A stretch of 64,000 nucleotides of DNA. Origin: Monocercomonoides exilis PA203. Its lineage: Eukaryota; Protista; Preaxostyla. Of the stretch, positions 32,262 through 43,032 are shown piece after piece. The position numbers and the translations under genes were made by a program. The notes below the pieces were generated by a model that saw nothing but the letters and a program-made list of their open reading frames with translations, did no database searches and was not told the DNA's origin. Numbering within the stretch: the stretch's first letter is position 1; each line of letters begins with the position of its first letter. Location: assembly GCA_001643675.2 (NCBI GenBank), contig LSRY02000010.1, forward strand, positions 868,001 to 932,000, given 5' to 3'.

Positions 32262-32815
32262 CAGAAGGATTGTCACTCCTAACTGAGATGAAACATTCTT
32301 TGCACTTGGAAAGAAGAATCAATCATGATTCAATAAAATGGAAAACAATTCTCTCAAATCTGCCAGACGAACTTTCTGTCAAAATGACAAATCAGACACA
32401 CATATTTGATTTTTCATGAGGAAGATGCAAATGCTCGAGATTTGTGTGGATGAAGAGTGGAAACGAAACAAGAATGGAAGATGGGAAAAAGAATGATGAA
32501 AATTTCTTGTGTGCGTTTCTTTGTCAAATCAATTCCCTTTTCACTCCTTTTTCTCCTTTCCTTTTCCCTCCAAGCCCAAGCCAAACAGCCACCCCTCCAC
32601 AAAACACCCCACATCTTGCGCTGATTCCAAGAGACCAAAATAATAATAAAAAAAATAGAAATGGCAAGAAGATTGAAAGAAAAACGCATGTTCCCATGAA
32701 GTGCTCGCAATGAAAAAAAAATTAAAAGAGAAAGAGAGATGAAATAAATAAAATATAAAAAATGGAGAGAAAAAAGAACATCCACTTTCACACACTCACT
32801 CAACCCCCGCCTTCC

Positions 32816-35269
32816 TCAATTCTCTTTCGCTTTCCCCTTTCCCTCCTTTCCTTCCTTTCTCTCTTTTCCTCCCTTTCCCTCCTTCCCTTTCTTCTTCTTC
32901 TTCTTCTTATTCTCCGTCTCCTCCCCTTTCCCTTTCTTTTTGATTCCTTCTTCTTCTTCTTCCTCTTCCTCATTTTCATCCCCATCCCCATCCTCATCCC
33001 CATCATCGTCTTTGTCTTCTTCGTTCTCTGTGTCTGCCTCTCCTTTCCCTTCTTTCCCTCCTTTTCCCTCCCTCGTCTTCTTCCGCTCCTTCTTTCCTGA
33101 ACCCGACCCCCTCGACAGAATCATCCCTCCTGCCACTCCACAAACCCCACACACAACCCCAACCCCCACGTTGCTCTTCACCCACTCCACTTCTCCTTCT
33201 TCTTCTTCTTTTCCTCCTTCAATCTCTTTCTTTTCCTCCTCTATCTTTTCTTCTTCTTCTTCCTCCTCCTCCTTCTCCTCCTTCTCCTTCTCCTTCTCCA
33301 AAACCCCTCTTTCTGCTCCCTTCCGCCTCGCCTCCATCATTTCCTCTTCCACACTCTGCCAGTCCATCAATACCGGAATTGCAAGAGAACATTAATGCGG
33401 AAACAAATATTTATAAAGAATAAAAAAACAAAATAAAAAATAAAATAAAATATGTGAATGAACATAAGAACCAGATTCCATCCAGCTGCACACCTTCACC
33501 TTCCCTGCCACAACATCCTGCACCCACCGCCCCACGCTCCCCACTGACAGCACATCCAGCTCCCGCTCCAAGAAGTGCACCCCTCGCCCCACATCCACCA
33601 CACACACCACCGGCACATCCCGCAGGTCCAGCGCCTCCCGGCTCAGCAGCGAAAACAGCGTGCTCGACCCCGTGGCCAGCCCGGCTGCTCCTGACAGCGG
33701 CAGCATCGACGATGAAGTCGCACCCCCAGACACTGTCGGATCCACATGCACAAACTGCACAGACGGCAGCATCTCGCTCACCGCCATCATCACCTCCTTC
33801 ATCCTTCACCCCACAATCAGCAATTAAAAAGAAAAGTTGAAAAAAAATATGATAATATTCGAAATGAGACAAGTTCATTCCCCCAAAATCACAAGAAAAG
33901 AAAAAAAAAATCACAAAATATCTCTTTTTCTCCTTTTCTCCTCTTCGTCAATTCGCTTCAATACACTCACACACCTCCGATAGATCGCCTTCTCCTTCTG
34001 CGGAATCACCGTCATCACAATCATTCCCCCGCGCTCGGCCAGGTCTGCCACCGACACCTCGCTCAGCGGTGCAAACACCGCATACCGCGTCTTCCGCACC
34101 CACTCCTCCAGCCTCCCAACATCCACCTCTCCCTCGCCCACACTCTCACACGCACCCACACCCTCACCCAAACTCTCCTCCACAAACGCCATCGCCCGCC
34201 CCCCGCCATACGCATAGATCCCTGCCTTCCCACACTCTGCATCAAACAGCTCGCACAGCCGCTTGTCTTCCGAAAAGAAAAACGGCTTCCACTCCGGCCG
34301 CACATCCCCCAGCCTCCGAAGCCCTCTCTGCCACACACCCCCAATAAAATAAAAATATCCATCCACACAAAAATTTTTCATATTATCAAAAAAAAAAAAT
34401 TAAATGAATGAATGCTTTGACAACTCATTCCCAGTCTCTTTAAAAAAAAAGCAGAAGAAAAAAAAAAATACATCAAATATCGCTCATGCACACCTTCAGC
34501 CGCAGGGCCTCGCTGCTCCCGAGATCGCTCCCCACAAGGACAATCGACGACGGCCCACCTGCCCCTCCCCCTCGGTGCATCGCCTCCAGCGTCTCTCTCT
34601 CAATCTCCCGCGCCTCCTTCCCCACCACCTCCGACACAAACTCGGTCACCACCGGCCCCGTGAACTGCACGCCAGAAGCACCACACACAAACACAACACA
34701 CCCACCCCGCCGCAAGAAAAGCAGATAATTTCGAATGAAACAAGCAATAAACAAAAAACAAGGCGAAACAGCAAATCCCACACCATCCCCTCAAACGGCA
34801 CAGCCTTCCCTTCCTCAACAACAAACAGCGCCGGCAGCTCAGCCACCATCAGCTGCTGGTTCCGCCCTGCCTGCCTGTGCGCGTCCCTGACCACATGGAA
34901 CTCCACCTGCCGCACAAGCCCTGTCCCGTTCTGCGCCTGCCAACAGCAGCCACACAAAAATATAAAAAAAAAAAAAATATAATATAAAATTTAATGATAA
35001 AAAATAATGAAAGTCAAAAATACACCGCATTCACCCATACATACAGCACAGCACACACAACCACACACAGCACACACCATTCCAGAAAAGTGCTCCCTCG
35101 CCTCCTCCACAGCCGCCTCTGCCTCCCCACACGCCCCGCACCACGGCGCCGTCAGCAGCACCGCACACGGCCCGTCCCCCGCACACACATCCCCAAACAC
35201 CCCTGCCCCGCTGCACAGCATAATCGTCTCCATTATCGCCAGCAATGCCTGTCCTGCTCCCATCTGCAT
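32816..35269 (-). CDS. TMX3-like transmembrane protein disulfide isomerase, 6 exons, ~572 aa (copy A)
   Basis: Exons 35269-35078, 34936-34784, 34664-34494, 34327-33975, 33803-33494 and 33355-32816 splice in frame via GTGTG...AG introns. Active-site APWCGAC, b/b'-like segments (RLEEWVRKTRYAVFAPL, VQFVHVDP), acidic linker, TM VGVGVVCGVCGVAGGMIL and C-terminal KAKEN (KxKxx ER-retrieval). The start codon is uncertain. Confidence 0.8.
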
Positions 35270-35821
35270 TCACCAATTATGTGTCTCTCCCGCCGCGTCA
35301 TATCGACGCGCTTTCCCTGCCCCATTATTCCGCGCCCCCTGCGCCCCGGTCTCTTCCAAACTCCATTTTTTGACACGCATCCACGCACATATGGGCGGGA
35401 TGATCACCCAAACAAAATGTTTCTGGCTGTTTTGCGGGTGCTGTGAGGGGTGCTGGGCAGCGCAACAACGCTTTTCCGGGGTGCATATGCACAATGGATG
35501 CACTGTTCCTTCGTGAGGAAGACGTTGCATTTCACGGCTGATGTGGAGAAAACAACATATTTTGAAGCATGGAATGAGGAAGAATTTTGCAGGAGGCAGC
35601 GGAAGGGGCAAAAGGGAAAGGAGTGAAGGGATATTATATTCTGGTGAAGGAATGGGGTGGGGAATGGCGGGATAGAGGCGGGAAGAGAGAATGACGAGAT
35701 TTTAGTTGAGGCGAATTTGGGGGAAGGTGGGGAGGAGTTGTGGGTGGATACAGTGACGGGATTTTTTTGGGCGGGGAATTTTTTTATTTTGGCGATTATT
35801 GATTGGTTTTCAGCAGAAGCA
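35270..35821. promoter_or_regulatory. Putative bidirectional promoter between the PDI-like and Gly/Tyr-rich genes (copy at 43033-43584)
   Basis: ~550-bp head-to-head intergenic region, GC-rich relative to other intergenic DNA here and essentially identical in both arms. Inferred from position only. Confidence 0.45.
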
Positions 35822-36751
35822 ATGAAAACAGGGATGGAGATATTGTCAGCTGCGCTTGTGCTTTTGGCGTTTGTGCAAAGCCAGATTGCTGGGGGATATG
35901 GAGGGTATGGAGGATACGGTGGGTATGGGGGGAGAGGATATGGCGGGTATGGAGGATACGGGAACTATGACAGTTACAGCGGGTATGGAGGCTATGGAAG
36001 CAATGGAGGCTATGGAAGCAATGGAGGATATGGAAACTATGGAGGCAATGGAGGATATGGGGGATATGGAGGATATGGGGGATATGGGGGATATGGGGGA
36101 TGGCTGCGGGGCCAGGAGCTGAGCGAGGAGGAGCTGGAGGAGCTGAGCTTTGGGATGCCGTGTGGGGCAGGGGGTGTTGGGGGCATTGGAGGCATGGGAT
36201 GTGGATACGGGAACATGAATGTGAATGGGAATGTGAATGGGAATGGGATGAGGAATGGAGGATGCGGAGGGTTTGGGTGTGGAGGGGGCGGGTGCGGGTA
36301 CGGGGAGGCGTTCAAGGATGTGTATGCGAACTCGGACCATGTGGGGCAGGGGAGCACGCGGGGGTACTCGCAGAGGTATGGGGAGGAGTATGGGCAGCGG
36401 CAGGACCGGGCAGTGGGGGTGTGTGAGAAGGAAGGGAGGATGGGGAGCGGGGGCAGCGCAGAAGGGAGCGGGAGCAGGGTGCATGGGGAGCGGGGGAGCG
36501 GGGGGTCATGCGGGAGCTACGAGAACGCGGCAGGGATGGGAAGCATGGAGCAGGGGTGCAGGGGGAGCGGGGAGTGCAGCCGAGGCCAAGGATGTGGATG
36601 CAATGGATGCCCCAACGGATACCCCAATGGATTCAACAACAATGGATACAACAACAACAACAATGGATGCATGAATGGATGCACCAATGGCTACAACAAC
36701 AATGGATATAACAATGGTTGCAACAGAGGCTGCGGGTGCTGTGGGTATTAA
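35822..36751 (+). CDS. Secreted Gly/Tyr-rich, Cys/Asn-rich repetitive protein (309 aa), structural/cyst-wall-like
   Basis: ATG at 35822, signal peptide MKTGMEILSAALVLLAFVQSQIA, then (GGY)n repeats, an acidic spacer QELSEEELEELS, a Gly/Cys-rich middle and a C-terminal GCxNG/NNNGY repeat region ending GCGCCGY-TAA. Confidence 0.82.
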   Translation: MKTGMEILSAALVLLAFVQSQIAGGYGGYGGYGGYGGRGYGGYGGYGNYDSYSGYGGYGSNGGYGSNGGYGNYGGNGGYGGYGGYGGYGGYGGWLRGQELSEEELEELSFGMPCGAGGVGGIGGMGCGYGNMNVNGNVNGNGMRNGGCGGFGCGGGGCGYGEAFKDVYANSDHVGQGSTRGYSQRYGEEYGQRQDRAVGVCEKEGRMGSGGSAEGSGSRVHGERGSGGSCGSYENAAGMGSMEQGCRGSGECSRGQGCGCNGCPNGYPNGFNNNGYNNNNNGCMNGCTNGYNNNGYNNGCNRGCGCCGY

Positions 36752-37466
36752 AAAAATTTCATGTTCAAAAAAAAATTTTTTTTAAGATTTAAAGAGGTTT
36801 TGTTATAATTTAAAAGTATTATTTTTGAGAAATTTTTGCATTCAGCAGGTTCAAAAGTATGGAATACTTTGCACTCAATTCATTTTAACATTTTGATATA
36901 AAAATGAAAAAAACTGATGATAATCAAAATTAAAATTATTATTTTCACGAAAGAGTTCGGTTTTTGTAATTTTTTCTTCAAAAACAAAAAAGTCAAAAAA
37001 TAAAAAAAATCTTAAAGTTTAAAAAAATATAAATAAAAATTCAATCCAAATATAAAACACTATTGACATATATTGCAAATAAAGAATTTTTATTATGAAA
37101 CAAACGAAACATAATTTTTAAACGTTAGGAGTAATGATCATTTAAATGAATATGTATTTAGAACTTTCTAAAGACACAAGAAAGGAACCTTTAATAAAAA
37201 ATATTTTGACTTCTTTAAAATATTAAGGCAAATATAGAAAATCGAATAACAAAACGCTTTATCATAACTTTAAATTCAACTAAAGTTCTTGAAAAAATTC
37301 AAAATTTATAAAACAAACCAAGCAAAAACGTCAAACAAATGAAAGAGAAATCATTCATTTTTCATCAATCAAACATTTTAACAAAGCATAGACATTGAAT
37401 ACGAAAAATTAAAAAAACCGGACAGTTCAATTACATGAAACATTTGTAAAAAATAAAACAAAAACG

Positions 37467-37520
<54 letters not shown>
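37467..37520 (+). repeat. A54 homopolymer
   Basis: 54 consecutive A residues, ~70 nt beyond the stop of the minus-strand spacer gene. Confidence 0.9.
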
Positions 37521-37523
<3 letters not shown>

Positions 37524-37590
37524 AAAATTTATATTTCCAAAACGCTCGTTAATAAATCATAGCATTGAAAAAAGAAAGTCCAAAGCTAGC

Positions 37591-39912
37591 TTATGTTGAA
37601 GAATGGTCCGAATTTCTGTCATCAGAAGCATAAGGTAGTGCAGACGACGGGCTTGAAAGAGGTGGAAATTGAAGATTTCTTTGAGGAGGCGAAGAAATAG
37701 CCACACCTGCAATGCGGGGATGAACCGAAGAAGAATGAGAAGGAGAGAAATCTGCTGAATGCAGAGATGATGGCACTTGCGGAAGAACAATAGACTGTAC
37801 AGACGTGATTTCTCGTGGAGCTGTCCATTGAACGGGCTTATTGGCAGGAACAAAAAATCCTTCCGTGGATGGCAAAACAGAAGGAGAACAGCTCTGCTTT
37901 GGTAAAGAAAATATCATTGGACTCGTTGACGCGCTTTTTTTGTGCCTTCGACAATGCTTTCGTTTGGAAAATGACTGGCGATTCCTGCCTTGTGATTTAT
38001 TTTTAAAGAATGAGCTTTCAATAATTGGAGTTGAGAGTGGTCTTGAATGTAGCGGCTGCGCTTCTTTAGCCTCGAAATTGAACGTATTGTCTGAATATTG
38101 ATGATTTGTGGATTGAGACAGAGGATGGCCATGCAGTTGGGTGCTCTGACGCTTTGAAGCAGGGCGACTGGATGGCGTCTGCAAGGAAAAAAACTGTAAC
38201 GGAAGACTTTCGTTGCATCCAATGGGATTAAAACGGTCCAGAGAAGATGCATTTGAGCAATCTGTGCTCAACGTCATTGAATGCAGTTGGTATTCACACG
38301 AGGGATTTTGAGTGAACGAATTCTGAGCTCCGTAAAAAGAATCTTTTGATTCTGAAGGCAAAAAAGAGGAGGATATATCTGTGTTCGTTGTCATCTTCCC
38401 TTCGGATAAAGTTCCACCTTCTCCAAATGAAAACGGTCTTTGAAGCATTTTGTCCGCCACAGAAGAGATAAATGCTCCTTCCTGTCTGAAGTCACTTTGC
38501 AGAGAGTCATCCGTTTTTTTCAAAGGCAGTTCACATTGTGGCAAAGAAGACTCAACAAAGCCTGTGCTTGACATCGGATTTTGAAGCGTTTTCTGCGGAA
38601 AAGAATTTGAAGCTGATAGAAAATTGTGGTAATTGGTTGCATTTGGATCAATGCAATTCATCGGAGCACCTAAAACTGAAGACTGCGAAATGCAATTCTG
38701 CTGAGGCAATAAAAGAGGATTTAAATATGAATTATCAGTTTGACTTCGCAAATAAGTTTCAGTTGTTTGCTTTTGAAACGAGCCGAAAGCTGGCGGTGAG
38801 GAAGAAAAGCCATCGCTTGCAGCATTTGAAGAGGCGAAAGGAACGCTTGAAGAATTCTGAACAAATCCAGTTGATCTATCGCAAATCAAAGAAGAAGAAG
38901 AAGAATATTCCTGTAATAATTGCTTTTTAGACATAAACTGTGATTGCTTAAGGCAATCTGAAGGAAATCCCTGATACATTTGAGGCAACTGAATATCATA
39001 AGAATGAAAGTCTGCTGTTGGAAGAGGCGCCAGAGAAGTGAGTGAAGGAGTGACAGAATCCTGCTTCAAAGCTAACCCTGTTTCAGACGAAGAATGTTGC
39101 AGACTTCCCGCAGAAGACATTAGAGGCGATGATAAATAGCCGATTGGCGGGGTTGTCATCTGCAAGAGCTGTTGATTTGCAGAAATCAACTGAGGCGATT
39201 GTGTTTCCACAGCTGAAGATGCAACAGAATGCGGATAAGGCGGTGTCACATATGAGCCAGCCAGCATGCACTGTGCACAGTTCTGCTGCTGGACAGTGGA
39301 ATCAACTGAAGGATTAAAAGAGGTTGAAGGATAATTTGTGGGTTGCGAAACAACAAATGGAATCGAAGAGATAAAAGGAGTGCCAAACGAAGGCAGCGAA
39401 TAAAGCTGTGAAACGACTGGCAATTGAAGCATCAAAGTATTCAATGCAGTTTGATTAGCAGAGTTGACGAAAGTTTGCTTAGGCAAACGTGACTGGTTCA
39501 GCTCGGTTGGTCTCGCCTTTCCATTTTCAGAAGTCATCGCCTGATGCATCTGCGATTGAGTGAATGAAGATTGTGAAGATAACTGTGAAGATAATTGTGA
39601 AGTCTCACTTCGAGTTAATTGATGGATGCTTTCATTTGAAGAAATAGTTAAAGGCGGAAAATGATCAGAGCTTTCATGAATTGGCGGATGAGAATTGTAA
39701 TAATTATTTGATTTAAATTCCGTGGCTGGAATATCCGTTTGTTGAGCAATGTGCATGATCGATGAAGATGAGAGCGAAGACTGCAAAGAAGGAGCATTAA
39801 TATCTTCAGTGTATGCTTCATTAACCTCATTTTTCAATTTCTCGCTTCTTCCTTTATCGTTGGAATTATACATCGCTGGCTGCGCTGTATTTGAATCGTT
39901 TTGCTGCTTCAT
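37591..39912 (-). CDS. Ser/Gln/Pro-rich hypothetical protein; probably the 3' part of one gene with 39909-41537
   Basis: 773-aa ORF, low complexity, no recognisable domain. Overlaps the upstream ORF by ATGA. Confidence 0.65.
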   Translation of the reverse strand: MKQQNDSNTAQPAMYNSNDKGRSEKLKNEVNEAYTEDINAPSLQSSLSSSSIMHIAQQTDIPATEFKSNNYYNSHPPIHESSDHFPPLTISSNESIHQLTRSETSQLSSQLSSQSSFTQSQMHQAMTSENGKARPTELNQSRLPKQTFVNSANQTALNTLMLQLPVVSQLYSLPSFGTPFISSIPFVVSQPTNYPSTSFNPSVDSTVQQQNCAQCMLAGSYVTPPYPHSVASSAVETQSPQLISANQQLLQMTTPPIGYLSSPLMSSAGSLQHSSSETGLALKQDSVTPSLTSLAPLPTADFHSYDIQLPQMYQGFPSDCLKQSQFMSKKQLLQEYSSSSSLICDRSTGFVQNSSSVPFASSNAASDGFSSSPPAFGSFQKQTTETYLRSQTDNSYLNPLLLPQQNCISQSSVLGAPMNCIDPNATNYHNFLSASNSFPQKTLQNPMSSTGFVESSLPQCELPLKKTDDSLQSDFRQEGAFISSVADKMLQRPFSFGEGGTLSEGKMTTNTDISSSFLPSESKDSFYGAQNSFTQNPSCEYQLHSMTLSTDCSNASSLDRFNPIGCNESLPLQFFSLQTPSSRPASKRQSTQLHGHPLSQSTNHQYSDNTFNFEAKEAQPLHSRPLSTPIIESSFFKNKSQGRNRQSFSKRKHCRRHKKSASTSPMIFSLPKQSCSPSVLPSTEGFFVPANKPVQWTAPREITSVQSIVLPQVPSSLHSADFSPSHSSSVHPRIAGVAISSPPQRNLQFPPLSSPSSALPYASDDRNSDHSST

Positions 39913-41537
39913 TTCTTGAGTAAATTCTGCAAATGCTGAATTTGTGCTATTAGCTGCTCTTGAGAAAGGGAAGGGATGCAGTTGGAATCCAAAGCATGCG
40001 TTGTGGGAGTAATCAAAGATAATTCGTTGGCTTGGGGACTTTCTGTAAATTTACCGGACGAAAAATGAGAGTGCTCTGGTTGGATCCCATTGAACGAATA
40101 GTTATTATGCCCAATCTCTTCATCTTGCAATTTCAATGTTTCTGGTGAAACCGTGAATTTATCAGCGTGCTTCTCACGATAAAAGTTGGTAGGCCCAAAG
40201 GAAACATCGGACGGTGAAGAAGCAAATATTTTTGGAGCTTCAACTTCTTTCTCTGTCCTTTCAGCACACTTTCCATTGCTTTGCTTCTCGCACAGCGCAT
40301 TTTGGCTATCGTGGGCTTCAAAAAACGAAAAATTGCTGTTGTTACAAAAGAGATTGGAACTCTCGCTTGAGTCTTCCTCTTCTTCCTCTTCTTCATCTTC
40401 GACGTCTTCTCCGTCTTCTCCGTCTTCACTTTCGGTGTAATCTTCGTATTCGTTTTCATCATCGACTTTTCCACTTTTTTCACTGCAATGCTCGTTATCG
40501 TTAGAAGAATCGTTTAAAGAATCGGAAATCTCAAGTGGAATTGTCTGATGCGTTTGTTCAACGTTTTGCGAACAAGGTTGTTGTTCGTTTGAAACAGATG
40601 GAGTAAAGCAAACAGAAGAGTTATCCGAAGATGGACAAATTGAAGAAGAAAAAGAAGGAGATGACGAAAAAGAAACATAATTAGGACTCTTGGAGTAACT
40701 ATTGGAACTTGACGAATATTGAGTCCGGCTTGATAGCTGACTAGATGCGCAATGATGTTGTTGCTGATTTGAAAAGGTAGAGTGCTGAGTTTTTGAGAAA
40801 TGTTTTGAAAAATAGATTAAAAAAAACAATGAAAAATCAACTCCATGAAGCCTGCCTCTTAGATTGAGCTTTGGGTAAACATCATATTTTGAGCGTTGAA
40901 AAACACGAACAGGAAGAGCAGTAAAAGTACATTCACTTGAGGCAATAGAGGTATTAAATTCACATGAACAATTATCAGGACAAACAAAAACAGGATTATT
41001 AATTGAAGAAGAATCGACAGAAAATTCATATTCATCATCATCGCATAAAAGCAAGGTTGATGCTTCAAATTTGCTTTGAGTTTCAATAAGATGCTGAATG
41101 AATTTGTATGAGTATGAGAACAAATGTCCATTAAAGAAATTGTTTAATTTCTTTCTGAATTGTAAAAAAGCAACAACGAAACTTTTTGCACATTCCCATG
41201 TGCAAAATACAAATAATTCATAGAACGTAATCGCGATACAAAAGCACATAAATTGAACAAGCGTGCAAATGGTAAAGGAAATCTGATTAAATAATTTTAA
41301 AAGAAGCGAATTTTTCATTTTTTGGCTTTTTGCGTAAAGGTATCCTGCAAGTTTGACGTTAGAATTTTGAAAAATGCTGATCCAATCAGCCGAAATGCAA
41401 TGCCTTGGCAAGTATATATAAATACATAGAGTGTTATTCAACTTAAAGATTTCAATATCACAAATAACAGGATTGAATGTCAATTTCAAAATTGTTGGAT
41501 CATGTTGCTCAATAAATAAGCATTCAAGAAGCTGCAC
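39909..41537 (-). CDS. Hypothetical Ser-rich/acidic protein; probable 5' part of the spacer gene (true start unclear)
   Basis: 542-codon open frame called from a GTG. The AT-rich first third may be UTR or intron. Acidic tract EDGEDGEDVEDEEEEEEED; ends in coiled-coil-like QEQLIAQIQHLQNL. Confidence 0.5.
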   Translation of the reverse strand: MQLLECLFIEQHDPTILKLTFNPVICDIEIFKLNNTLCIYIYLPRHCISADWISIFQNSNVKLAGYLYAKSQKMKNSLLLKLFNQISFTICTLVQFMCFCIAITFYELFVFCTWECAKSFVVAFLQFRKKLNNFFNGHLFSYSYKFIQHLIETQSKFEASTLLLCDDDEYEFSVDSSSINNPVFVCPDNCSCEFNTSIASSECTFTALPVRVFQRSKYDVYPKLNLRGRLHGVDFSLFFLIYFSKHFSKTQHSTFSNQQQHHCASSQLSSRTQYSSSSNSYSKSPNYVSFSSSPSFSSSICPSSDNSSVCFTPSVSNEQQPCSQNVEQTHQTIPLEISDSLNDSSNDNEHCSEKSGKVDDENEYEDYTESEDGEDGEDVEDEEEEEEEDSSESSNLFCNNSNFSFFEAHDSQNALCEKQSNGKCAERTEKEVEAPKIFASSPSDVSFGPTNFYREKHADKFTVSPETLKLQDEEIGHNNYSFNGIQPEHSHFSSGKFTESPQANELSLITPTTHALDSNCIPSLSQEQLIAQIQHLQNLLKK

Positions 41538-42124
41538 TTCTCCTAAAATAATTTTTTGCGTTAAGTATTACAACACACGTTAAATGAAAAAATTTATCTT
41601 TCATAAAGAATAAATCACAAAGAAACCCACCTTTTTTCTGTAAAAAAATAAATACATTGCGCTCTTTCATCACCTAAATATGTTTTCTTTTGAGTATAAT
41701 TCTTTTGCTTTTTGAAAATTGAAATAATCTGTTAACACAAAAAAAAAAGTCATATGAAAAATATTTACATATAGTTCTTTAAAATTTTATACCTATAAAT
41801 TTTCAAAGTTAATACACAGTAATTTTATGTTGATTATTATTTACAAAAGTCGTTGCTGTTATTAATATTAATGTTTTAAAGTTTGATCATAACACAAAAT
41901 AAATCTTTAATTAATCGTAATTTTTCTATTCAAATAAAACTTGTTTTGAGATGTAAAATACACGTACATATAAACAAATTTATTGATTTTTTTTTTCAAA
42001 ATCGTTGATTTTTTTAATTTTTTTATGTATTTTTTTAATATTCAAAATAGTTTTATATTTGTTAAAAAAAATAAAAAGATATCAAAAATTTTATATCCTA
42101 AAAACACATTTGTTCATTTTCCCT

Positions 42125-43032
42125 TTAATACCCACAGTATCCGCAGCCTCTGTTGCAACCATTGTTATATCCATTGTTGTTGTAGCCATTGGTGCATCCA
42201 TTCATGCAACCATTGTTGTTGTTGAATCCATTGTTGTTGAATCCATTGGGGTATCCGTTGGGGCATCCATTGCATCCACATCCTTGGCCTCGGCTGCACT
42301 CCCCGCTCCCCCTGCACCCCTGCTCCATGCTCCCCATCCCTGCCGCGTTCTCGTAGCTCCCGCACGACCCCCCGCACCCCCGCTCCCCATGCACCCTGCT
42401 CCCGCTCCCTTCTGCGCTGCCCCCGCTCCCCATCCTCCCTTCCTTCTCACACACCCCCACTGCCCGGTCCTGCCGCTGCCCATACTCCTCCCCATACCTC
42501 TGCGAGTACCCCCGCGTGCTCCCCTGCCCCACATGGTCCGAGTTCGCATACACATCCTTGAACGCCTCCCCGTACCCGCACCCGCCCCCTCCACACCCAA
42601 ACCCTCCACATCCTCCATTCCTCATCCCATTCCCATTCATGTTCCCGTATCCACATCCCATGCCTCCAATGCCCCCAACACCCCCTGCCCCACACGGCAT
42701 CCCAAAGCTCAGCTCCTCCAGCTCCTCCTCGCTCAGCTCCTGGCCCCGCAGCCATCCCCCATATCCCCCATATCCCCCATATCCTCCATATCCCCCATAT
42801 CCTCCATTGCCTCCATAGTTTCCATATCCTCCATTGCTTCCATAGCCTCCATTGCTTCCATAGCCTCCATACCCGCTGTAACTGTCATAGTTCCCGTATC
42901 CTCCATACCCGCCATATCCTCTCCCCCATACCCACCGTATCCTCCATACCCTCCATATCCCCCAGCAATCTGGCTTTGCACAAACGCCAAAAGCACAAGC
43001 GCAGCTGACAATATCTCCATCCCTGTTTTCAT
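42125..43032 (-). pseudogene. Second copy of the Gly/Tyr-rich secreted protein, frameshifted as assembled
   Basis: ATG at 43032. The G6 run of copy A (35927-35932) is G5 here (C5 at 42923-42927). There is also an in-frame 18-bp loss in the NVNG repeat and a few substitutions near the 3' end. Could be a sequencing indel. Confidence 0.7.

Larger units (their letters stand above)
19420..36752. repeat. Left arm of a large inverted segmental duplication (pairs with 42124-56465)
   Basis: Reverse-complement match throughout, apart from the transposon. Near-identical at 32400-36750, mosaic within the receptor gene, and roughly 90% in the 3' flank. Many antisense ORFs in the track are duplicated verbatim. 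Confidence 0.95.

Noticed and set aside
35890-36100. Short tandem repeats resembling a CRISPR array or telomere seed
   Set aside because: They are 9/18-nt coding repeats for GGY/GGYGSN with no unique spacers, and they do not match TTAGGG-type units.
37467-37520. A54 as the poly(A) tail of a retrocopy of the spacer gene
   Set aside because: It is poly-T on that gene's sense strand, and no target-site duplication is evident.
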